DNA of 64,000 bases from an uncultured Pelagibacteraceae bacterium (GCA_902532565.1 CACAIR010000002.1:9494-73493), one strand, 5' to 3'. Positions 45,541-59,343 are shown, counted from the stretch's first letter. The notes: generated from the sequence alone by a model not told the origin. Numbers and translations are program-made.

Positions 45541-46974
45541 ATGAAAGTAACTGTAGAAAATAAAAAAGGACTAAATAAAGATGTAAAAGTTTTCATAGAT
45601 AAGAAAACTATGTCCACTCATATGGACGAAAAATATGAAGAAATAAAAAGTACCGTTAATTTAAAAGGTTTCAGACCTGGAAAGGTTCCAAAAGAAATTT
45701 TAAAAAGACAATTTGGTAAAGCTGTATTTAGCGAGGTTTTAGACAAAGTTTTAAAAGAAACCTCAACGAAAGCTCTACAAGAAAATAAGATTAAACCTGC
45801 AGGCCAACCCAAGCTTGATCTTAAAACTTATGGTGAAGATAAAGAACTAGAGTATGTTCTATCAGTTACCGCACTTCCTAAAATTGATGTAAAAGCAATT
45901 TCAAGTATAAAATTTGATCAGTATAGTGTAAATATTGACCCCTTAGAGACTGATAAAAGAATTAAAGAGATAGCAAAAAACCAACCAAATTTTAAAGAAG
46001 TTCCTTTAGAGACAAAAGCAAAAGAAGGAGATTTAGTTATATTAGATTATAATGCGACAGTAGATGGTAAAAGTTTTAAAGGAAGTGAAGGAAAAAATAC
46101 ACAATTAACTCTGGGAAAAGATTTATTTTTAAAAGGTTTTGATAAACAATTAATAGGTGTTAAAAAAAATGAAACAAAAGTTGTTGAAGCAATATTGCCA
46201 GAAAATTTTCCAGAAAAAGAACTTTCTAATAAAAAAGCAAAATTTGATTGTAAAATTACCTCGGTAAAAAAACCTGAAGAGACGGAAATTAATGATGAGT
46301 TTGCAAAAAATTTAGGAGCAAAAGATTTACAGGATTTAAAAAAATTAATTTCTAATCAGATAAATGATGAATATAAAAATTCTTTAGATAGGTTGTCAAA
46401 GAATCAAATTTTAAAAGAATTAGAGAAGTTTAAAATAGAAGAAATTCCTGAAAACTTAATTGACGAAGAAGTAAAAATTTTATCACAGGGAATGAAAGAA
46501 GAAGATGCTAAGAAAAGCAGGAAAAATTTTGAAGAAGTTGCAAAAAAAAGAGTTAAAACTGGTTTAATTTTAAATGAGTTTGGTGAACAAAATCAAATAA
46601 AGGTAAGCGAACAAGAACTTCAAGCAGAAATACAAAAACAACTAAGAATGATGCCTGGACAAGAAAAAATGGTTATGGATTTTTATCAAAAAAATCCATC
46701 TGCTGTAGCAAGTTTAAGAGGAACTGTGTATGAAGAAAAGATAATTAATCTTATTAAAGATAAGGCTAAAGTAAATAAAAAAGAAATTTCTAAAACTGAA
46801 GCTGAAAAAATTTTAAAACAATCGCAAAACCAACAACTCGATCAAGAACTTAAAGATCAAAGAAAACCCGAAAAAAAAATTGAGGTAAAAAAATCTTTAA
46901 ACAATAAAAATAAGCCAAAATCAATCAAAACTAAATCAACACTTAAAAAAATAAAAAAAGTTAGCAAAAAGTAA
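45541..46974 (+). CDS. tig: trigger factor
   Basis: GFRPGKVP ribosome-binding motif, FKBP-like middle domain, Lys-rich C-terminal tail. Confidence 0.96.
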   Translation: MKVTVENKKGLNKDVKVFIDKKTMSTHMDEKYEEIKSTVNLKGFRPGKVPKEILKRQFGKAVFSEVLDKVLKETSTKALQENKIKPAGQPKLDLKTYGEDKELEYVLSVTALPKIDVKAISSIKFDQYSVNIDPLETDKRIKEIAKNQPNFKEVPLETKAKEGDLVILDYNATVDGKSFKGSEGKNTQLTLGKDLFLKGFDKQLIGVKKNETKVVEAILPENFPEKELSNKKAKFDCKITSVKKPEETEINDEFAKNLGAKDLQDLKKLISNQINDEYKNSLDRLSKNQILKELEKFKIEEIPENLIDEEVKILSQGMKEEDAKKSRKNFEEVAKKRVKTGLILNEFGEQNQIKVSEQELQAEIQKQLRMMPGQEKMVMDFYQKNPSAVASLRGTVYEEKIINLIKDKAKVNKKEISKTEAEKILKQSQNQQLDQELKDQRKPEKKIEVKKSLNNKNKPKSIKTKSTLKKIKKVSKK

Positions 46975-47007
46975 TCTCAAGTTGTATAAGTAGTACGAAT
47001 CATTTTT

Positions 47008-47616
47008 ATGAACAAAATTTCAGAGCATATGAGCAATCTAATTCCGATGGTTGTTGAACAATCCAATAAAGGTGAAAGAGCTTATGATATTTATTCGAGA
47101 CTCTTAAAAGAGAGGATTATATTTTTAACTGGACAAATAAATGACAATGTTGCCTCATTAATAACTGCCCAATTACTTTTTTTAGAGGCAGAAGACCCAA
47201 AAAAACAAATTTATCTTTATATCAACAGTCCAGGTGGCTTAGTAACAGCAGGTCTTGGGATCTATGATACCATGCAATATATTAAACCAGAGATCTCCAC
47301 ACTTTGTATTGGTCAAGCAGCTTCAATGGGATCATTTCTTCTTGCAGCTGGAACTAAAGGTAAAAGATTTTCATTACCTAACTCAAGAATTATGGTTCAC
47401 CAACCTTCAGCCGGATTTCAAGGTCAAGCAACAGACATAGAAATTCATGCAAATGAAGTTTTATCATTAAAGAAAAGATTAAATGAGATTTATTCAAAAC
47501 ATACAGGTAAAAGTGTTGACGAAATTAAAAGCGCCCTTGAAAGAGATAATTTTATGACTGCAGATGTAGCAAAATCTTTCGGTCTTATAGACGAAGTTGT
47601 GGAAAAAAGATCTTAA
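47008..47616 (+). CDS. clpP: ATP-dependent Clp protease proteolytic subunit
   Basis: [38 protein letters not shown]. Confidence 0.98.
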   Translation: MNKISEHMSNLIPMVVEQSNKGERAYDIYSRLLKERIIFLTGQINDNVASLITAQLLFLEAEDPKKQIYLYINSPGGLVTAGLGIYDTMQYIKPEISTLCIGQAASMGSFLLAAGTKGKRFSLPNSRIMVHQPSAGFQGQATDIEIHANEVLSLKKRLNEIYSKHTGKSVDEIKSALERDNFMTADVAKSFGLIDEVVEKRS

Positions 47617-47705
47617 TATACAATATATTGAAGTTAGTTAATTTGAAACTTGATATCAATGAGTCTCATATAATAAAGTATTTAAATTGATTCGTTATAA
47701 AAATT

Positions 47706-48974
47706 ATGAACACAAATAACAAAAATATTCTTTATTGCTCATTTTGTGGCAAAAGCCAACACGAAGTAAGAAAACTTATTGCTGGACCCACTGTATTTAT
47801 TTGCGATGAATGTGTTGAACTTTGCATGGACATTATTAAAGAGGAAAATAAAGATACTTTTGTAAAACACCAAGATGGACTTCCTTCACCTAAAGAAATT
47901 TGTACAGTTTTAGATGATTACGTAATCGCGCAATCTCATGCTAAAAAAGTATTATCCGTTGCAGTCCACAATCATTATAAAAGATTAAATTATGAGAATA
48001 AAACTAGCAAAAACGTTGAGTTGGCTAAATCAAATATTCTTTTAGTTGGTCCAACTGGCTGTGGAAAAACACTTTTAGCCCAAACACTTGCAAGAATTTT
48101 AGATGTACCTTTCACAATGGCTGATGCAACTACTTTAACAGAAGCAGGATATGTTGGTGAAGATGTAGAGAATATAATATTAAAATTACTTCAAGCAGCG
48201 GATTATAATGTTGAAAAAGCTCAAAGAGGCATTGTGTATATAGATGAAGTAGATAAAATTAGCAGAAAATCAGAAAATCCTTCTATCACCAGAGATGTCT
48301 CTGGAGAAGGTGTGCAGCAGGCTTTATTAAAAATAATGGAGGGAACAATCGCTAGTGTTCCGCCTCAAGGTGGAAGAAAACATCCACAACAAGAATTTTT
48401 ACAGGTTGATACTACAAATATATTATTTATTTGTGGAGGAGCTTTTGCTGGTTTAGATAAAATAATTTCTCAAAGAGATAAAGGTACGTCTATAGGATTT
48501 GGTGCAGATGTAAAAAATACTAAAGATAAAAAAACAGGTGAGTGGATGAAAAGTTTAGAGCCTGAAGATCTTTTAAAATATGGTTTAATTCCAGAATTTA
48601 TTGGGAGATTGCCAATGATAGCAACGCTTGAAGATTTAGATGAAAAATCTTTAATTAAAATTTTACAAGAGCCTAAAAATTCTCTCACCAAACAATATCA
48701 AGAGTTATTTAAACTAGAGGGGACGAAATTAACATTTAAAGAAAATGCTTTAAAAGAAATTGCACAAAAAGCTATTAGCAAAAAAACAGGTGCTCGTGGT
48801 TTAAGATCAATTTTAGAAAATATTTTATTAAAAACAATGTATGATTTACCAAGTCAAGATAATATAGAGGAGGTTATTGTTGATTCTTCAGCTGTAAAAG
48901 GTCAAACACAGCCAATTTTAGTACATTCAAAAGGTGATAGTAAATCAAAAAATAATAAAACCACAGCGGCGTAA
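47706..48974 (+). CDS. clpX: Clp protease ATP-binding subunit
   Basis: CSFCGK zinc finger, [17 protein letters not shown] loop. Confidence 0.98.
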   Translation: MNTNNKNILYCSFCGKSQHEVRKLIAGPTVFICDECVELCMDIIKEENKDTFVKHQDGLPSPKEICTVLDDYVIAQSHAKKVLSVAVHNHYKRLNYENKTSKNVELAKSNILLVGPTGCGKTLLAQTLARILDVPFTMADATTLTEAGYVGEDVENIILKLLQAADYNVEKAQRGIVYIDEVDKISRKSENPSITRDVSGEGVQQALLKIMEGTIASVPPQGGRKHPQQEFLQVDTTNILFICGGAFAGLDKIISQRDKGTSIGFGADVKNTKDKKTGEWMKSLEPEDLLKYGLIPEFIGRLPMIATLEDLDEKSLIKILQEPKNSLTKQYQELFKLEGTKLTFKENALKEIAQKAISKKTGARGLRSILENILLKTMYDLPSQDNIEEVIVDSSAVKGQTQPILVHSKGDSKSKNNKTTAA

Positions 48975-49001
48975 TACACAATAATAACTACTAAAAAGCT
49001 A

Positions 49002-49028
49002 TTGCATTATTAGATATAATCTCCATAT
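49002..49028 (+). promoter_or_regulatory. candidate sigma32 (RpoH)-type promoter of lon
   Basis: TTGCAT(49002)-N13-CTCCATAT(49021), 7 nt before the lon ATG. Confidence 0.4.
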
Positions 49029-49035
49029 TCTAGTA

Positions 49036-51414
49036 ATGGAAGTAAAAATATCATTACCATTATTGCCATTAAGAGACATTGTTGTATTCCCTAGCATGGT
49101 TATCCCATTGTTTGTTGGTAGAGATAAATCTATATCAGCACTAAATGAGGTAATGAAAAAGGATAAAAAGATTATCCTTGTGACACAAAAAAATTCAGAA
49201 ATAGATGATCCAAAAAAGACTGATATTTTTATGTATGGGTGTGAAGGAAGTATCTTACAGCTTCTAAAATTACCCGATGGAACTGTTAAAGTTTTGGTTG
49301 AAGGTATTAGGAGAGTTAAAATATTAGATTTTAAAGATAATGAAAAATTTATCACATGTGAATATACTTCATATAACGATATTTTTGATAAACAAGAAGA
49401 CCTATATCCTTTAGCTGCAACTGCGATGAAGAGATTGGAAAAACTTACATCAATTAATAAAAAAATTTCAAATGAAACTATAAATACAATTAAACAACTA
49501 AAAGATCCTTCTCAAATTGCTGATAATATTGCATCACATATTACAGCCACAATTTCAGAGAAACAGCAAATTTTTGAAACAGCTGATGTTAAGAAAAGAT
49601 TAAATACCATAATTAAAATAATGGAAAATGAGACGAGTATAATTGGTGTTGAAAAAAGAATTAGAGGTAGAGTTAAAACACAAATGGAAAAAACTCAAAG
49701 AGAATATTATTTAAATGAACAACTTAAAGCTATACAAAAAGAATTAGGTGAAATTGAAGAAGGAAAAGATGAGAATACAAGTTTAAATAAATCAATCTTA
49801 AAAGCTAAAATGCCTAAAGATGTCGAAAAAAAGTGCCTTCAAGAATTAAAGAAACTAAAAAATATGAGTCCAATGTCTGCAGAAGCAACAGTTGTAAGAA
49901 ATTATTTAGATTGGATGATAGATTTACCTTGGCACAAAAAAAGTGAAGTCGGTATTGATTTAAAGAAAGCTTTGGAAGTTTTAGACAAAGACCATTTTGG
50001 TTTAGAAAAAATTAAAGAGAGAATTATTGAGTTTTTGGCTGTGCAAAAAAGAATGGAAAAAATTAAAGGTCCAATTTTATGTTTAGTAGGCCCCCCAGGT
50101 GTAGGTAAAACATCTTTAGGAAAATCGATTGCAAAAGCGACTAACAGAGAATTTGTTAGAATGTCTGTAGGTGGTATGCGAGATGAGGCAGAGATAAGAG
50201 GACATAGAAGAACTTATATTGGTTCTCTACCAGGTAAAATAATTCAAATGATGAAAAAAGCTGGAACAAAAAACCCTTTAATTTTATTAGATGAAATTGA
50301 TAAGATTGGAAATGATTACAGGGGAGATCCTTCGTCAGCTTTATTAGAGGCTTTGGATCCAGAACAAAATACAACATTCAACGATCACTATCTTGAAGTA
50401 GATTATGATTTGTCTGATGTTATGTTTGTAACCACGGCAAATACTCTTAATATTCTTCCACCTCTACTAGATAGAATGGAAGTAATAAGACTTGCTGGAT
50501 ACACTGAGGATGAAAAGATTAATATTGCCAACAAATTTTTATTACCAAAACAGATTAAAGATAATGGTGTAAAAGAAAAAGAAATGAATTTAAGTAACGA
50601 TATTATTAAAGAAATAATCAGAAGCTATACAAAAGAATCAGGTGTTAGAAACCTTGAAAGAGAAATTTCAAAAGTAGCAAGAAAAGTTGTTAAAAAAGTT
50701 GTTTCAGGTGAGGAAAATCAAGTTAAAATAGATAACAAAAATTTAGCTGATTTTCTTGGAGTTCCAAAATATAAATTTGGTGAATTAGAGTCTAATGATA
50801 AAGTAGGTATTGTTACTGGTTTAGCTTGGACTGAGTATGGGGGAGAAATTCTAAAAATTGAAACTGTAACTATGCCAGGTAAAGGTAGAACTCAAATTAC
50901 AGGTAAATTAGGTGATGTAATGCAAGAGTCCGTAAAAGCAGCAAAATCATTTGTTAGATCAAAATGTTTGGAGTATGGTATTATTCCGCCTCTTTTTGAA
51001 AAAAAAGATTTTCACATTCATGTACCTGAAGGAGCAACGCCAAAAGACGGCCCTTCAGCAGGAATAGGTATGGTTACTTCAATTGTTTCATCTCTAACAA
51101 ACATTTCAGTAAGAAGAGATGTTGCAATGACAGGAGAAGTGACAATTACAGGTCAAGTTCTTCCTATTGGAGGACTTAAAGAAAAATTATTAGCCGCACA
51201 CAGAGCTGGAATCAAAGAAGTAATTATTCCTAAAGAAAATGAAAAAGATTTAATTGATATGCCAAAAAAAATAATTGACGAGATAAAAATTACACCTGTC
51301 GAATTTGCTGATCAAGTTTTAAAAATAGCCTTAACAAAAGAATTAAAAAGAACTGAATGGGTAGAGGTTGATATGAGTAAAAAAGATGATAAATCTCAAG
51401 CCAGCATTCAATAA
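49036..51414 (+). CDS. lon: Lon protease
   Basis: [27 protein letters not shown] (catalytic Ser), IGGLKEK. Confidence 0.98.
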   Translation: MEVKISLPLLPLRDIVVFPSMVIPLFVGRDKSISALNEVMKKDKKIILVTQKNSEIDDPKKTDIFMYGCEGSILQLLKLPDGTVKVLVEGIRRVKILDFKDNEKFITCEYTSYNDIFDKQEDLYPLAATAMKRLEKLTSINKKISNETINTIKQLKDPSQIADNIASHITATISEKQQIFETADVKKRLNTIIKIMENETSIIGVEKRIRGRVKTQMEKTQREYYLNEQLKAIQKELGEIEEGKDENTSLNKSILKAKMPKDVEKKCLQELKKLKNMSPMSAEATVVRNYLDWMIDLPWHKKSEVGIDLKKALEVLDKDHFGLEKIKERIIEFLAVQKRMEKIKGPILCLVGPPGVGKTSLGKSIAKATNREFVRMSVGGMRDEAEIRGHRRTYIGSLPGKIIQMMKKAGTKNPLILLDEIDKIGNDYRGDPSSALLEALDPEQNTTFNDHYLEVDYDLSDVMFVTTANTLNILPPLLDRMEVIRLAGYTEDEKINIANKFLLPKQIKDNGVKEKEMNLSNDIIKEIIRSYTKESGVRNLEREISKVARKVVKKVVSGEENQVKIDNKNLADFLGVPKYKFGELESNDKVGIVTGLAWTEYGGEILKIETVTMPGKGRTQITGKLGDVMQESVKAAKSFVRSKCLEYGIIPPLFEKKDFHIHVPEGATPKDGPSAGIGMVTSIVSSLTNISVRRDVAMTGEVTITGQVLPIGGLKEKLLAAHRAGIKEVIIPKENEKDLIDMPKKIIDEIKITPVEFADQVLKIALTKELKRTEWVEVDMSKKDDKSQASIQ

Positions 51415-51463
51415 TAAATAATTTACTTTATAGTCGCCTTGATGTAATAGTACCGATATTTTG

Positions 51464-51539
51464 GGGCGGTTAGCTCAGTTGGTAGAGCATCTCGTTTACA
51501 CCGAGGGGGTCAAAGGTTCGAGTCCTTTACTGCCCACCA
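51464..51539 (+). tRNA. tRNA-Val(TAC)
   Basis: GGGCGGT/ACTGCCC-A-CCA, anticodon loop TTTACAC, 76 nt. Confidence 0.97.
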
Positions 51540-51552
51540 AAATATTTTAAGT

Positions 51553-51629
51553 GGGGGTGTAGCTCAGTTGGTTAGAGCGATCGCCTGTCACGCGATAGGT
51601 CGAGGGTTCGAGTCCCTTCACTCCCGCCA
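51553..51629 (+). tRNA. tRNA-Asp(GTC)
   Basis: GGGGGTG/CACTCCC-G-CCA, anticodon loop CTGTCAC, 77 nt. Confidence 0.97.
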
Positions 51630-51646
51630 CTTTTTTAAAGAATTGT

Positions 51647-51661
51647 TGATAATCATTATCA
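51647..51661. promoter_or_regulatory. perfect Fur-type 7-1-7 box upstream of nuoA
   Basis: TGATAATCATTATCA equals the TGATAATnATTATCA consensus; ends 65 nt before the nuoA ATG. Confidence 0.65.
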
Positions 51662-51726
51662 GTAATCGCTAAAAATGTGACTTTTCTACTCTACAACATG
51701 TCATAAAAGTTGCTATATAGACTCAC

Positions 51727-52095
51727 ATGTTTCCTGAATTTTTAAAAGAATATTTGCCAATTATACTTTTCCTAGTAATAGCTCTAGGTTTAAGTTGTGC
51801 TTTTATAGTTGTAAATTTTATTCTTTCTCCAAAAAATCCAGATCCTGAAAAATTGTCTGCTTATGAATGTGGATTCGAACCGTTTCAAGACTCACGAACA
51901 GAATTTGATGTGAGGTTTTATTTAGTCGCAATTCTTTTTATAATTTTTGATTTAGAAATCGCATTTCTTTTTCCGTGGGCAATATCTTTAGGAAATATAG
52001 GTATACTAGGCTTTAGTTCAATGATGATTTTCTTATTCATACTTACAGTTGGTTTTATATATGAGTGGAAAAAAGGTGCCTTAGACTGGGAATAA
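51727..52095 (+). CDS. nuoA: NADH-quinone oxidoreductase subunit A
   Basis: [32 protein letters not shown]. Confidence 0.98.
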   Translation: MFPEFLKEYLPIILFLVIALGLSCAFIVVNFILSPKNPDPEKLSAYECGFEPFQDSRTEFDVRFYLVAILFIIFDLEIAFLFPWAISLGNIGILGFSSMMIFLFILTVGFIYEWKKGALDWE

Positions 52096-52103
52096 TTTTA
52101 TTT

Positions 52104-52619
52104 ATGAACAATAAAATAGATCAAGTACCTGAAGAATTTAAAAAATTAGCTAAAGATTTTAGTAAGAATGGTTTTATAACAACTTCATTGGATAATCTAA
52201 TTAATTGGTCAAGATCTGGCTCACTTCATTGGATGACATTTGGTTTAGCATGTTGTGCAGTTGAAATGATGCAGACCGCAATGCCAAGATATGATTTAGA
52301 AAGATTTGGTGCAGCACCACGTGGTTCGCCAAGACAATCAGATGTAATGATAGTTGCAGGAACACTCACAAATAAAATGGCTCCAGCACTAAGAAAAGTT
52401 TACGATCAAATGCCAGAACCAAGATATGTTATATCAATGGGTAGTTGTGCTAATGGTGGCGGGTATTATCATTATTCATATTCTGTAGTGAGGGGTTGTG
52501 ATCGAATTGTACCTGTTGATGTTTATGTTCCAGGATGCCCACCTTCAGCAGAAGCATTACTTTATGGAATTTTACAATTGCAAAAAAAAATTAGAAACAA
52601 AGGTTCTCTAATTAGATAA
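52104..52619 (+). CDS. nuoB: NADH-quinone oxidoreductase subunit B
   Basis: [21 protein letters not shown]; ATG 52104 preferred. Confidence 0.98.
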   Translation: MNNKIDQVPEEFKKLAKDFSKNGFITTSLDNLINWSRSGSLHWMTFGLACCAVEMMQTAMPRYDLERFGAAPRGSPRQSDVMIVAGTLTNKMAPALRKVYDQMPEPRYVISMGSCANGGGYYHYSYSVVRGCDRIVPVDVYVPGCPPSAEALLYGILQLQKKIRNKGSLIR

Positions 52620-52624
52620 TTATC

Positions 52625-53230
52625 ATGAATACTTTAATAGAATTAGAAAAAAAAATTAACTCAGAACTTACAACAAAAATAGATCAATCTAAAATTTCAC
52701 ACAATCAACTTTACATTGAAATTAATAAAGAGGATTTGATTGATGTTATTCTTTTTTTAAAAACTAATAAAGATACAAAATTTAGACAGTTAATCGATAT
52801 AACTGCTGTAGATTATCCAGAAGAACTACAAAGGTTTAAAGTTGTTTATCTTTTATTAAGTCATGAGTTCAATCAAAGAATAATTTTAAGTTATTCAATT
52901 AATGAAAATGAAGTCATAAATTCATTGACATCTATTTTCCCAGCTGCGAATTGGATGGAAAGAGAAGTTTTCGATATGTATGGTATAAATTTTAAAGACC
53001 ATCCAGATTTAAGAAGAATACTTACGGATTATGGTTTTGAAGGTCATCCATTAAGAAAAGATTTTCCTTTAACAGGACATTCAGAGGTCAGATACAGTGA
53101 AGACCAAAAAAAAGTTGTAAATGAGCCAGTAAAATTGGAACAAAATTATAGAAATTTTGATTATGAGAGCCCCTGGGAAGGTACTAAATATATAAAAGAA
53201 CAATCTGAAAATAATGACAAAAAAAATTAA
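52625..53230 (+). CDS. nuoC: NADH-quinone oxidoreductase subunit C
   Basis: [33 protein letters not shown]. Confidence 0.98.
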   Translation: MNTLIELEKKINSELTTKIDQSKISHNQLYIEINKEDLIDVILFLKTNKDTKFRQLIDITAVDYPEELQRFKVVYLLLSHEFNQRIILSYSINENEVINSLTSIFPAANWMEREVFDMYGINFKDHPDLRRILTDYGFEGHPLRKDFPLTGHSEVRYSEDQKKVVNEPVKLEQNYRNFDYESPWEGTKYIKEQSENNDKKN

Positions 53231-54389
53231 AAATCTTAATTTAAACTTTGGACCTCAACATCCAGCAGCTCATGGTGTTTTACGATTGATTCTAGAATTA
53301 GATGGTGAGGTAGTCGAAAAAGCAGATCCGCATATAGGCTTGCTTCACAGGGGAACAGAAAAACTTATTGAAAATAAAACATATATGCAAGCAGTACCCT
53401 ATTTCGATAGACTTGATTATGTTGCTCCAATGAATCAAGAGCATGCTTTTGCCTTAGCTATTGAAAAAATTTTAAAAATTGATGTCCCTGTTAGAGCACA
53501 ATTCATTAGAGTTATATTTTGTGAAATTGGCAGAATATTGAGTCATATTCTAAACGTAACTACACAAGCTCTAGATGTTGGTGCTCTTACCCCATCATTA
53601 TGGGGTTTTGAAGAACGAGAAACTTTAATGACTTTTTATGAGAGGGCTTCAGGATCCAGATTGCATGCAAATTATTTTAGAGCTGGTGGAGTTCATCAAG
53701 ATTTGCCTGCTAGTCTAGAAGAAGATATATCTAAATTTTGTGAGACATTTCCAAAAATAATTGATGATTTAGAAAACTTGTTGACAGATAATAGAATATT
53801 TAAGCAAAGAAATGTTGATATTGGTATAGTAACAAAAGAAGATGCTCTTGATTATTCTTTTACCGGAGTAATGATTAGAGGATCTGGAGTTCCATGGGAT
53901 TTAAGAAAATCTCAGCCATATGATTGTTATAATCAGTTAGATTTTAAAATACCTGTAGGTAAAAATGGTGATTGTTACGATCGTTATTTATGTAGAATAG
54001 AAGAAATGAAAGAGAGTGTATCTATAATAAAACAATGTTTGTCTAAAATGGAAAAAGGACCAATTAAATCACTGGATGGTAAAATTAGTCCACCGTCCAA
54101 AAAAGAATTAAAACAATCAATGGAAGCTTTAATACACCACTTTAAATTATTTACTGAAGGTTACAGAGTTCCAAAAGATGAAATTTATACTGCAGTTGAG
54201 GCTCCAAAAGGTGAATTTGGTGTTTATTTAATTTCTGATGGATCAAGCAAACCCTATAAATGCAAGATAAGGGCTCCTGGATTTTCACATTTACAATCTA
54301 TGGATTATTTAATTAAAGGACATATGTTGGCAGATGTGCCTGCAGTACTGGGTTCATTAGATATTGTATTTGGTGAGGTTGATAGATGA
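53214..54389 (+). CDS. nuoD: NADH-quinone oxidoreductase subunit D
   Basis: [29 protein letters not shown]. Confidence 0.98.
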   Translation: MTKKIKNLNLNFGPQHPAAHGVLRLILELDGEVVEKADPHIGLLHRGTEKLIENKTYMQAVPYFDRLDYVAPMNQEHAFALAIEKILKIDVPVRAQFIRVIFCEIGRILSHILNVTTQALDVGALTPSLWGFEERETLMTFYERASGSRLHANYFRAGGVHQDLPASLEEDISKFCETFPKIIDDLENLLTDNRIFKQRNVDIGIVTKEDALDYSFTGVMIRGSGVPWDLRKSQPYDCYNQLDFKIPVGKNGDCYDRYLCRIEEMKESVSIIKQCLSKMEKGPIKSLDGKISPPSKKELKQSMEALIHHFKLFTEGYRVPKDEIYTAVEAPKGEFGVYLISDGSSKPYKCKIRAPGFSHLQSMDYLIKGHMLADVPAVLGSLDIVFGEVDR

Positions 54390-54994
54390 GTTTAAAAAGA
54401 CCTTCAAAAGATCAACCAGAAAATTTTGAATTTAATTCATCTTCAATAGAGGCAGCAAATCAAATTATTTCTAAGTATCCAAAAGGAAAACAACAAAGTG
54501 CTGTAATGGCTTTACTTTATATTGCTCAAAAACAAAACGATAATTGGATACCACTAGCTGCAATGAAGTATATAGGAAAATTTTTAGATATGCCATACAT
54601 TAAAGTTTATGAGGTGGCTACATTTTACTCAATGTATAATTTGTCTCCTGTTGGAAAGTATTTTATACAGGTATGTACCACTACCCCTTGTATGATTAGA
54701 GGAGCCAATCAATTAGTAGAGGCGTGTAAGGAAAAAATTTCTGAAAATGAATCTGAACTTTCAAGTGATAAAAGCTGTTCTTGGATGGAGGTTGAATGTT
54801 TAGGTGCCTGTGTTAATGCTCCAATGATGCAAATTAATGATGAATATTATGAAGATCTTAACAAAGATAAAACATTGAAAATATTAGATAAAATTTTAAA
54901 TGGTGAAATACCAAAACCAGGCTCTTACAGAGGAAGAACAAACAATGAGCCCGAAAATAACAGAAAAACACTTATGGATTTAAAAAATGCTTAA
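54386..54994 (+). CDS. nuoE: NADH-quinone oxidoreductase subunit E
   Basis: [21 protein letters not shown]. Confidence 0.97.
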   Translation: MSLKRPSKDQPENFEFNSSSIEAANQIISKYPKGKQQSAVMALLYIAQKQNDNWIPLAAMKYIGKFLDMPYIKVYEVATFYSMYNLSPVGKYFIQVCTTTPCMIRGANQLVEACKEKISENESELSSDKSCSWMEVECLGACVNAPMMQINDEYYEDLNKDKTLKILDKILNGEIPKPGSYRGRTNNEPENNRKTLMDLKNA

Positions 54995-56315
54995 AGATAA
55001 GGATAGAATTTTTCAAAACTTATATAATGATTTAGGTTCTGATTTAGCTTCGTCTCAAAAAAGAGGTGATTGGGTTAATACTAAGGAAATTACAGACAAA
55101 GGAAGAGATTGGATAATTGATGAAATTAAAAACTCACAATTAAGAGGTAGAGGAGGTGCAGGTTTTCCAACTGGATTAAAATGGTCATTTGCACCCAAGG
55201 AAGTTGGTTCAAGGCCTCACTATTTGATAATTAATGCTGATGAGTCAGAGCCAGGCACTTGCAAGGATCGAGATATTCTTAGATTTGAACCGCATAAATT
55301 AATTGAGGGATGTTTGATAGCATCCTTTGCTGTTCAGGCGCATGTTTGTTACATTTATATTAGAGGAGAATATTTTGTAGATGGTCAAAAACTTCAAGCT
55401 GCTATTGATGAAGCATATAAAAAAAATTTAATTGGTAAAAATGCTGCAGGGACTGGATGGGATTTAGATATTTATATTCATTATGGAGCAGGAGCTTATA
55501 TTTGTGGAGAAGAAACAGCATTACTTGAAAGTATAGAAGGAAAAAAAGGACAACCAAGATTAAAACCACCTTTTCCCGCTTTGATTGGTCTTTATGGTTG
55601 CCCCACAATAATAAATAACGTTGAAACAATCGCTGTAGTTCCTACAATTCTTAAAAGAGGAGGTAAATGGTTTGCTTCACTAGGTAGAGAAAAAAATACA
55701 GGGACAAAAATTTTTTGTATTTCTGGAAATGTAAATAATCCATGTAATGTGGAGGAAGAAATGAATATCCCTTTAAAAGAATTAATAGAAGTTCATGCGG
55801 GTGGAGTTGTAGGAGGTTGGGATAACCTACAGGCTGTCATTCCTGGTGGTTCATCTATGCCCTTGATCCCAAAAGAAAAATGCGAGACATTAACCATGGA
55901 TTTCGATTCCCTTATGGCTCAAAAAAGTGGGCTAGGAACAGCTGGGGTTGTTGTAATTAATAAAGATCAAGACATAATTAAATGCATGGCAAGAATTGCT
56001 AGATTTTACAAACATGAAAGCTGTGGTCAATGTACTCCATGTAGAGAAGGATCTGGTTGGATGTGGAGAATGTTAGAAAGAATGGCAAAAGGTGAAGCAT
56101 CTAGAGATGAGATTGACATGCTAGGAGATGTAACAAATCAAATAGCAGGTCATACAATTTGTGCTTTTGGAGAGGGTTCATCCTGGCCAATTCAAGGTCT
56201 GTTAAGACATTTCTCTAAAGAAATAAAAAGACGAAATAAATTTGATCCAATTGTTAAAGAACATAAGGATATTCCTTATTTAGTTGATCAACACTTATTG
56301 GATAAAAATGGTTAA
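54987..56315 (+). CDS. nuoF: NADH-quinone oxidoreductase subunit F
   Basis: [37 protein letters not shown]. Confidence 0.98.
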   Translation: MLKDKDRIFQNLYNDLGSDLASSQKRGDWVNTKEITDKGRDWIIDEIKNSQLRGRGGAGFPTGLKWSFAPKEVGSRPHYLIINADESEPGTCKDRDILRFEPHKLIEGCLIASFAVQAHVCYIYIRGEYFVDGQKLQAAIDEAYKKNLIGKNAAGTGWDLDIYIHYGAGAYICGEETALLESIEGKKGQPRLKPPFPALIGLYGCPTIINNVETIAVVPTILKRGGKWFASLGREKNTGTKIFCISGNVNNPCNVEEEMNIPLKELIEVHAGGVVGGWDNLQAVIPGGSSMPLIPKEKCETLTMDFDSLMAQKSGLGTAGVVVINKDQDIIKCMARIARFYKHESCGQCTPCREGSGWMWRMLERMAKGEASRDEIDMLGDVTNQIAGHTICAFGEGSSWPIQGLLRHFSKEIKRRNKFDPIVKEHKDIPYLVDQHLLDKNG

Positions 56316-58341
56316 ACTCAAGGTAAATGATATTGATGTAGAAGTTGAAGAAGGACTTACTGTTCTTCAAGCTTGTGAAAAAGCTGGAGTAGAAATCCCA
56401 AGATTTTGTTATCATGAAAAACTATCTATTGCTGGTAATTGCAGAATGTGTTTAGTTGAGATGGAAAAATCCCCAAAACCTATAGCTTCTTGTGCAATGC
56501 CTGCGATAGAAGGCATGAATATAAAAACTAATACTGCATTTGTAGAAAAAGCTAGAAAAGGAGTGATGGAATTTTTACTAGCAAATCATCCTTTAGATTG
56601 TCCAGTTTGTGATCAGGGTGGAGAATGTGATCTTCAAGATCAGTCAATGTTTTATGGAGTTGATAAATCACGATTTAAAGAAAACAAAAGATTTGTCCCG
56701 GAAAAAAATATGGGGCCTTTGATAAAAACTCAAATGACAAGGTGCATTCACTGTACTAGGTGTGTAAGATTTGCAACAGAAGTTGCAGGAGTTCCGGAAA
56801 TTGGAGCAATTGGAAGAGGTGAGGATATGCAAATCACTACTTACTTGGAAAAATCTATACAGTCAGAGCTGTCAGGAAACGTAATTGATCTTTGTCCAGT
56901 AGGAGCACTTACTTCTAAACCGTATGTTTTTGAAGCAAGACCATGGGAATTAAAAAAGACCGAGTCAATTGACGTTATGGATGGTGTAGGATCTAACATT
57001 AGGGTTGATACTTATGGTTGGGAGGTAAAAAGAATATTGCCAATAATAAATGAAGATATTAATGAGGAATGGATATCAGATAAAACAAGATATGCTTGTG
57101 ACGGTCTTTCCAATCAAAGATTAGATACACCCTTTATAAAGTATAACGGGAAATTTGAAAAAGCGAGCTGGAATGAGGTATATAATATAATTAAATCTAA
57201 AATTGATAATTCAAAAAAAGATAAAATTGCTGGCTTTGTTGGAGATTTAACAAATATGGAGTCTAGTTATATTTTTAAAGAATTTTTTGATAGAACATTA
57301 GACACAGATAACTATGAAAGCAGATCATCAAATTACTTTATCAGCACAAATGAAAGAGAAGACTATCTTTTTAATTCTTCAATAAACGGAATAGAAGAAT
57401 CAGATTTAATTTTTTTGATTGGAACAAACCCTCGATTTGAAGCAACAATATTAAATGCAAGAATTAGAAAATCATTTATAAGTAATTCGACAAAAGTTAT
57501 CTCACTTAATGATCTTGGGGATTTAACGTATCCATATCAATCTCTTGATGGCCAAACAAAAAACATATTGAATATCTTTGAAAATAAAAATGAAATTTCA
57601 AAAGAGATTATAGACTCAAAAAAACCTCTTATAATATTAGGTGAGTCTTTTTTTAGATTACAATCAGCAGAGTTCATGTTTAATTTAATAAAAAACTTTT
57701 TAAAAAATAATAATAAAATTACAGATAAATGGAATTCATTAAATAAACTAACGTCTGATGCATCAACAGTTGGAAATTTAGATATAAAACTATTTAATGA
57801 AAAAAATGACATATTTGAGGATCTTAAATCTCATAAATTCGAAATTATTTATTTGTTAGGTCAGGATAATTTAAATTTTACTAAAAAAGACGAATTTGTT
57901 ATTTACCAAGGAAGCCACGGAGATAATGGAGCTGAGATAGCAGATATCATTTTACCTGGCGCTGCATATACTGAACAAAATGGTCATTTTACAAATTTAG
58001 AGGGTAAATTGCAAAAGGCGTATAAAGCGTCATATCCACCAGGTGAAGCAAAAGAAGACTGGCAAATTATAAATGAACTTGCAGAATTTATGAATAGTAG
58101 AAAATTGTTTAACGACAAAGATGAATTAGAGAGTAGTATGTTTAATTTTATTAATTTACATAAAGAGATCAAAAAACCATTAAAACAAAATATTTTAACA
58201 AAAGAAAAATTTAAAAATGAAAAATTAATTGTTGATTATAAAGATTATTATTTTTCAAACGTTATAGCTAGGGCATCAAAAACAATGCTTGATTGTCATA
58301 ACTCTAAAATTAAAATAAAAAAAACAGGTACAAATGGTTAA
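56308..58341 (+). CDS. nuoG: NADH-quinone oxidoreductase subunit G
   Basis: [34 protein letters not shown]; ATG 56308 preferred. Confidence 0.97.
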   Translation: MVKLKVNDIDVEVEEGLTVLQACEKAGVEIPRFCYHEKLSIAGNCRMCLVEMEKSPKPIASCAMPAIEGMNIKTNTAFVEKARKGVMEFLLANHPLDCPVCDQGGECDLQDQSMFYGVDKSRFKENKRFVPEKNMGPLIKTQMTRCIHCTRCVRFATEVAGVPEIGAIGRGEDMQITTYLEKSIQSELSGNVIDLCPVGALTSKPYVFEARPWELKKTESIDVMDGVGSNIRVDTYGWEVKRILPIINEDINEEWISDKTRYACDGLSNQRLDTPFIKYNGKFEKASWNEVYNIIKSKIDNSKKDKIAGFVGDLTNMESSYIFKEFFDRTLDTDNYESRSSNYFISTNEREDYLFNSSINGIEESDLIFLIGTNPRFEATILNARIRKSFISNSTKVISLNDLGDLTYPYQSLDGQTKNILNIFENKNEISKEIIDSKKPLIILGESFFRLQSAEFMFNLIKNFLKNNNKITDKWNSLNKLTSDASTVGNLDIKLFNEKNDIFEDLKSHKFEIIYLLGQDNLNFTKKDEFVIYQGSHGDNGAEIADIILPGAAYTEQNGHFTNLEGKLQKAYKASYPPGEAKEDWQIINELAEFMNSRKLFNDKDELESSMFNFINLHKEIKKPLKQNILTKEKFKNEKLIVDYKDYYFSNVIARASKTMLDCHNSKIKIKKTGTNG

Positions 58342-58344
58342 GAA

Positions 58345-59343
58345 ATGGAATATTTAAATATTATTATTCAAGAATTTTATAAAATCTTATTTTTGATCGT
58401 GCCAGTTTTGGTCTCTGTTGCTCTGATTGTATGGTTGGATCGAAGAGTTTGGGCATTTGTACAAAAAAGACAAGGTCCAAATGTTGTTGGTCCATTTGGT
58501 TTACTTCAATCTCTTGCTGATGCTCTAAAGTATATTTTTAAAGAAATTATTATTCCTGCAAGCTCTAATAAAATAATCTTTATTTTAGCCCCAATAGTTA
58601 CAATGACTTTAGCTTTAATTGCTTGGGCTGTTATTCCTTTTAGTGAAACGCATGTACTAGCCAATATAAATGTCGGTATTTTGTATCTATTTGCTGTCTC
58701 CTCATTAGGCGTTTATGGGATTATAATGGGAGGTTGGGCTTCAAATTCTAAATACCCTTTTTTAGGAGCTATAAGATCTGCCGCTCAAATGGTCTCTTAT
58801 GAAGTCTCAATAGGAATAATTATAATTAATGTTCTATTGTGCGTTGGCTCATTAAATCTAAACGACATTGTTAAAGCACAGCAAAATTTATGGTATATTG
58901 TACCACTTTTTCCAATGTTTGTAATTTTTTTTATATCAGCTCTAGCTGAAACTAATAGACCTCCATTTGATTTGCCTGAGGCCGAAGCTGAATTAGTTGC
59001 AGGATATCAAACTGAATACTCAGGGATGATGTATGCAATGTTCTGGTTAGGCGAATATGCAAATATACTTTTAATGTGTGCAATGGGATCAATTTTATTT
59101 TTAGGAGGATGGTTATCTCCTATAGACTTTTATCCATTCAACTTAATTCCTGGAGCTATTTGGTTAATTTTTAAAATTTTATTTCTATTTATTTTATTTG
59201 CTTTAGTAAAAGCGATTGTTCCAAGATATAGATATGATCAATTAATGAGACTAGGATGGAAAATTTTCTTACCATTTTCTTTGACCTGGGTAGTTTTAAC
59301 TGCAAGTTATTTATTTTATTTTAATCTTTTACCAACTAATTAG
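58345..59343 (+). CDS. nuoH: NADH-quinone oxidoreductase subunit H
   Basis: [31 protein letters not shown]. Confidence 0.98.
   Translation: MEYLNIIIQEFYKILFLIVPVLVSVALIVWLDRRVWAFVQKRQGPNVVGPFGLLQSLADALKYIFKEIIIPASSNKIIFILAPIVTMTLALIAWAVIPFSETHVLANINVGILYLFAVSSLGVYGIIMGGWASNSKYPFLGAIRSAAQMVSYEVSIGIIIINVLLCVGSLNLNDIVKAQQNLWYIVPLFPMFVIFFISALAETNRPPFDLPEAEAELVAGYQTEYSGMMYAMFWLGEYANILLMCAMGSILFLGGWLSPIDFYPFNLIPGAIWLIFKILFLFILFALVKAIVPRYRYDQLMRLGWKIFLPFSLTWVVLTASYLFYFNLLPTN

Noticed and set aside
46860-46974. Lys-rich C-terminal tail of trigger factor
   Set aside because: Basic low-complexity tails are common on alphaproteobacterial Tig and are amplified by AT bias.
45444-51629. tRNA genes as integration sites for an island or prophage
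   Set aside because: No integrase, no duplicated tRNA 3' end seen, and flanks are core genes.
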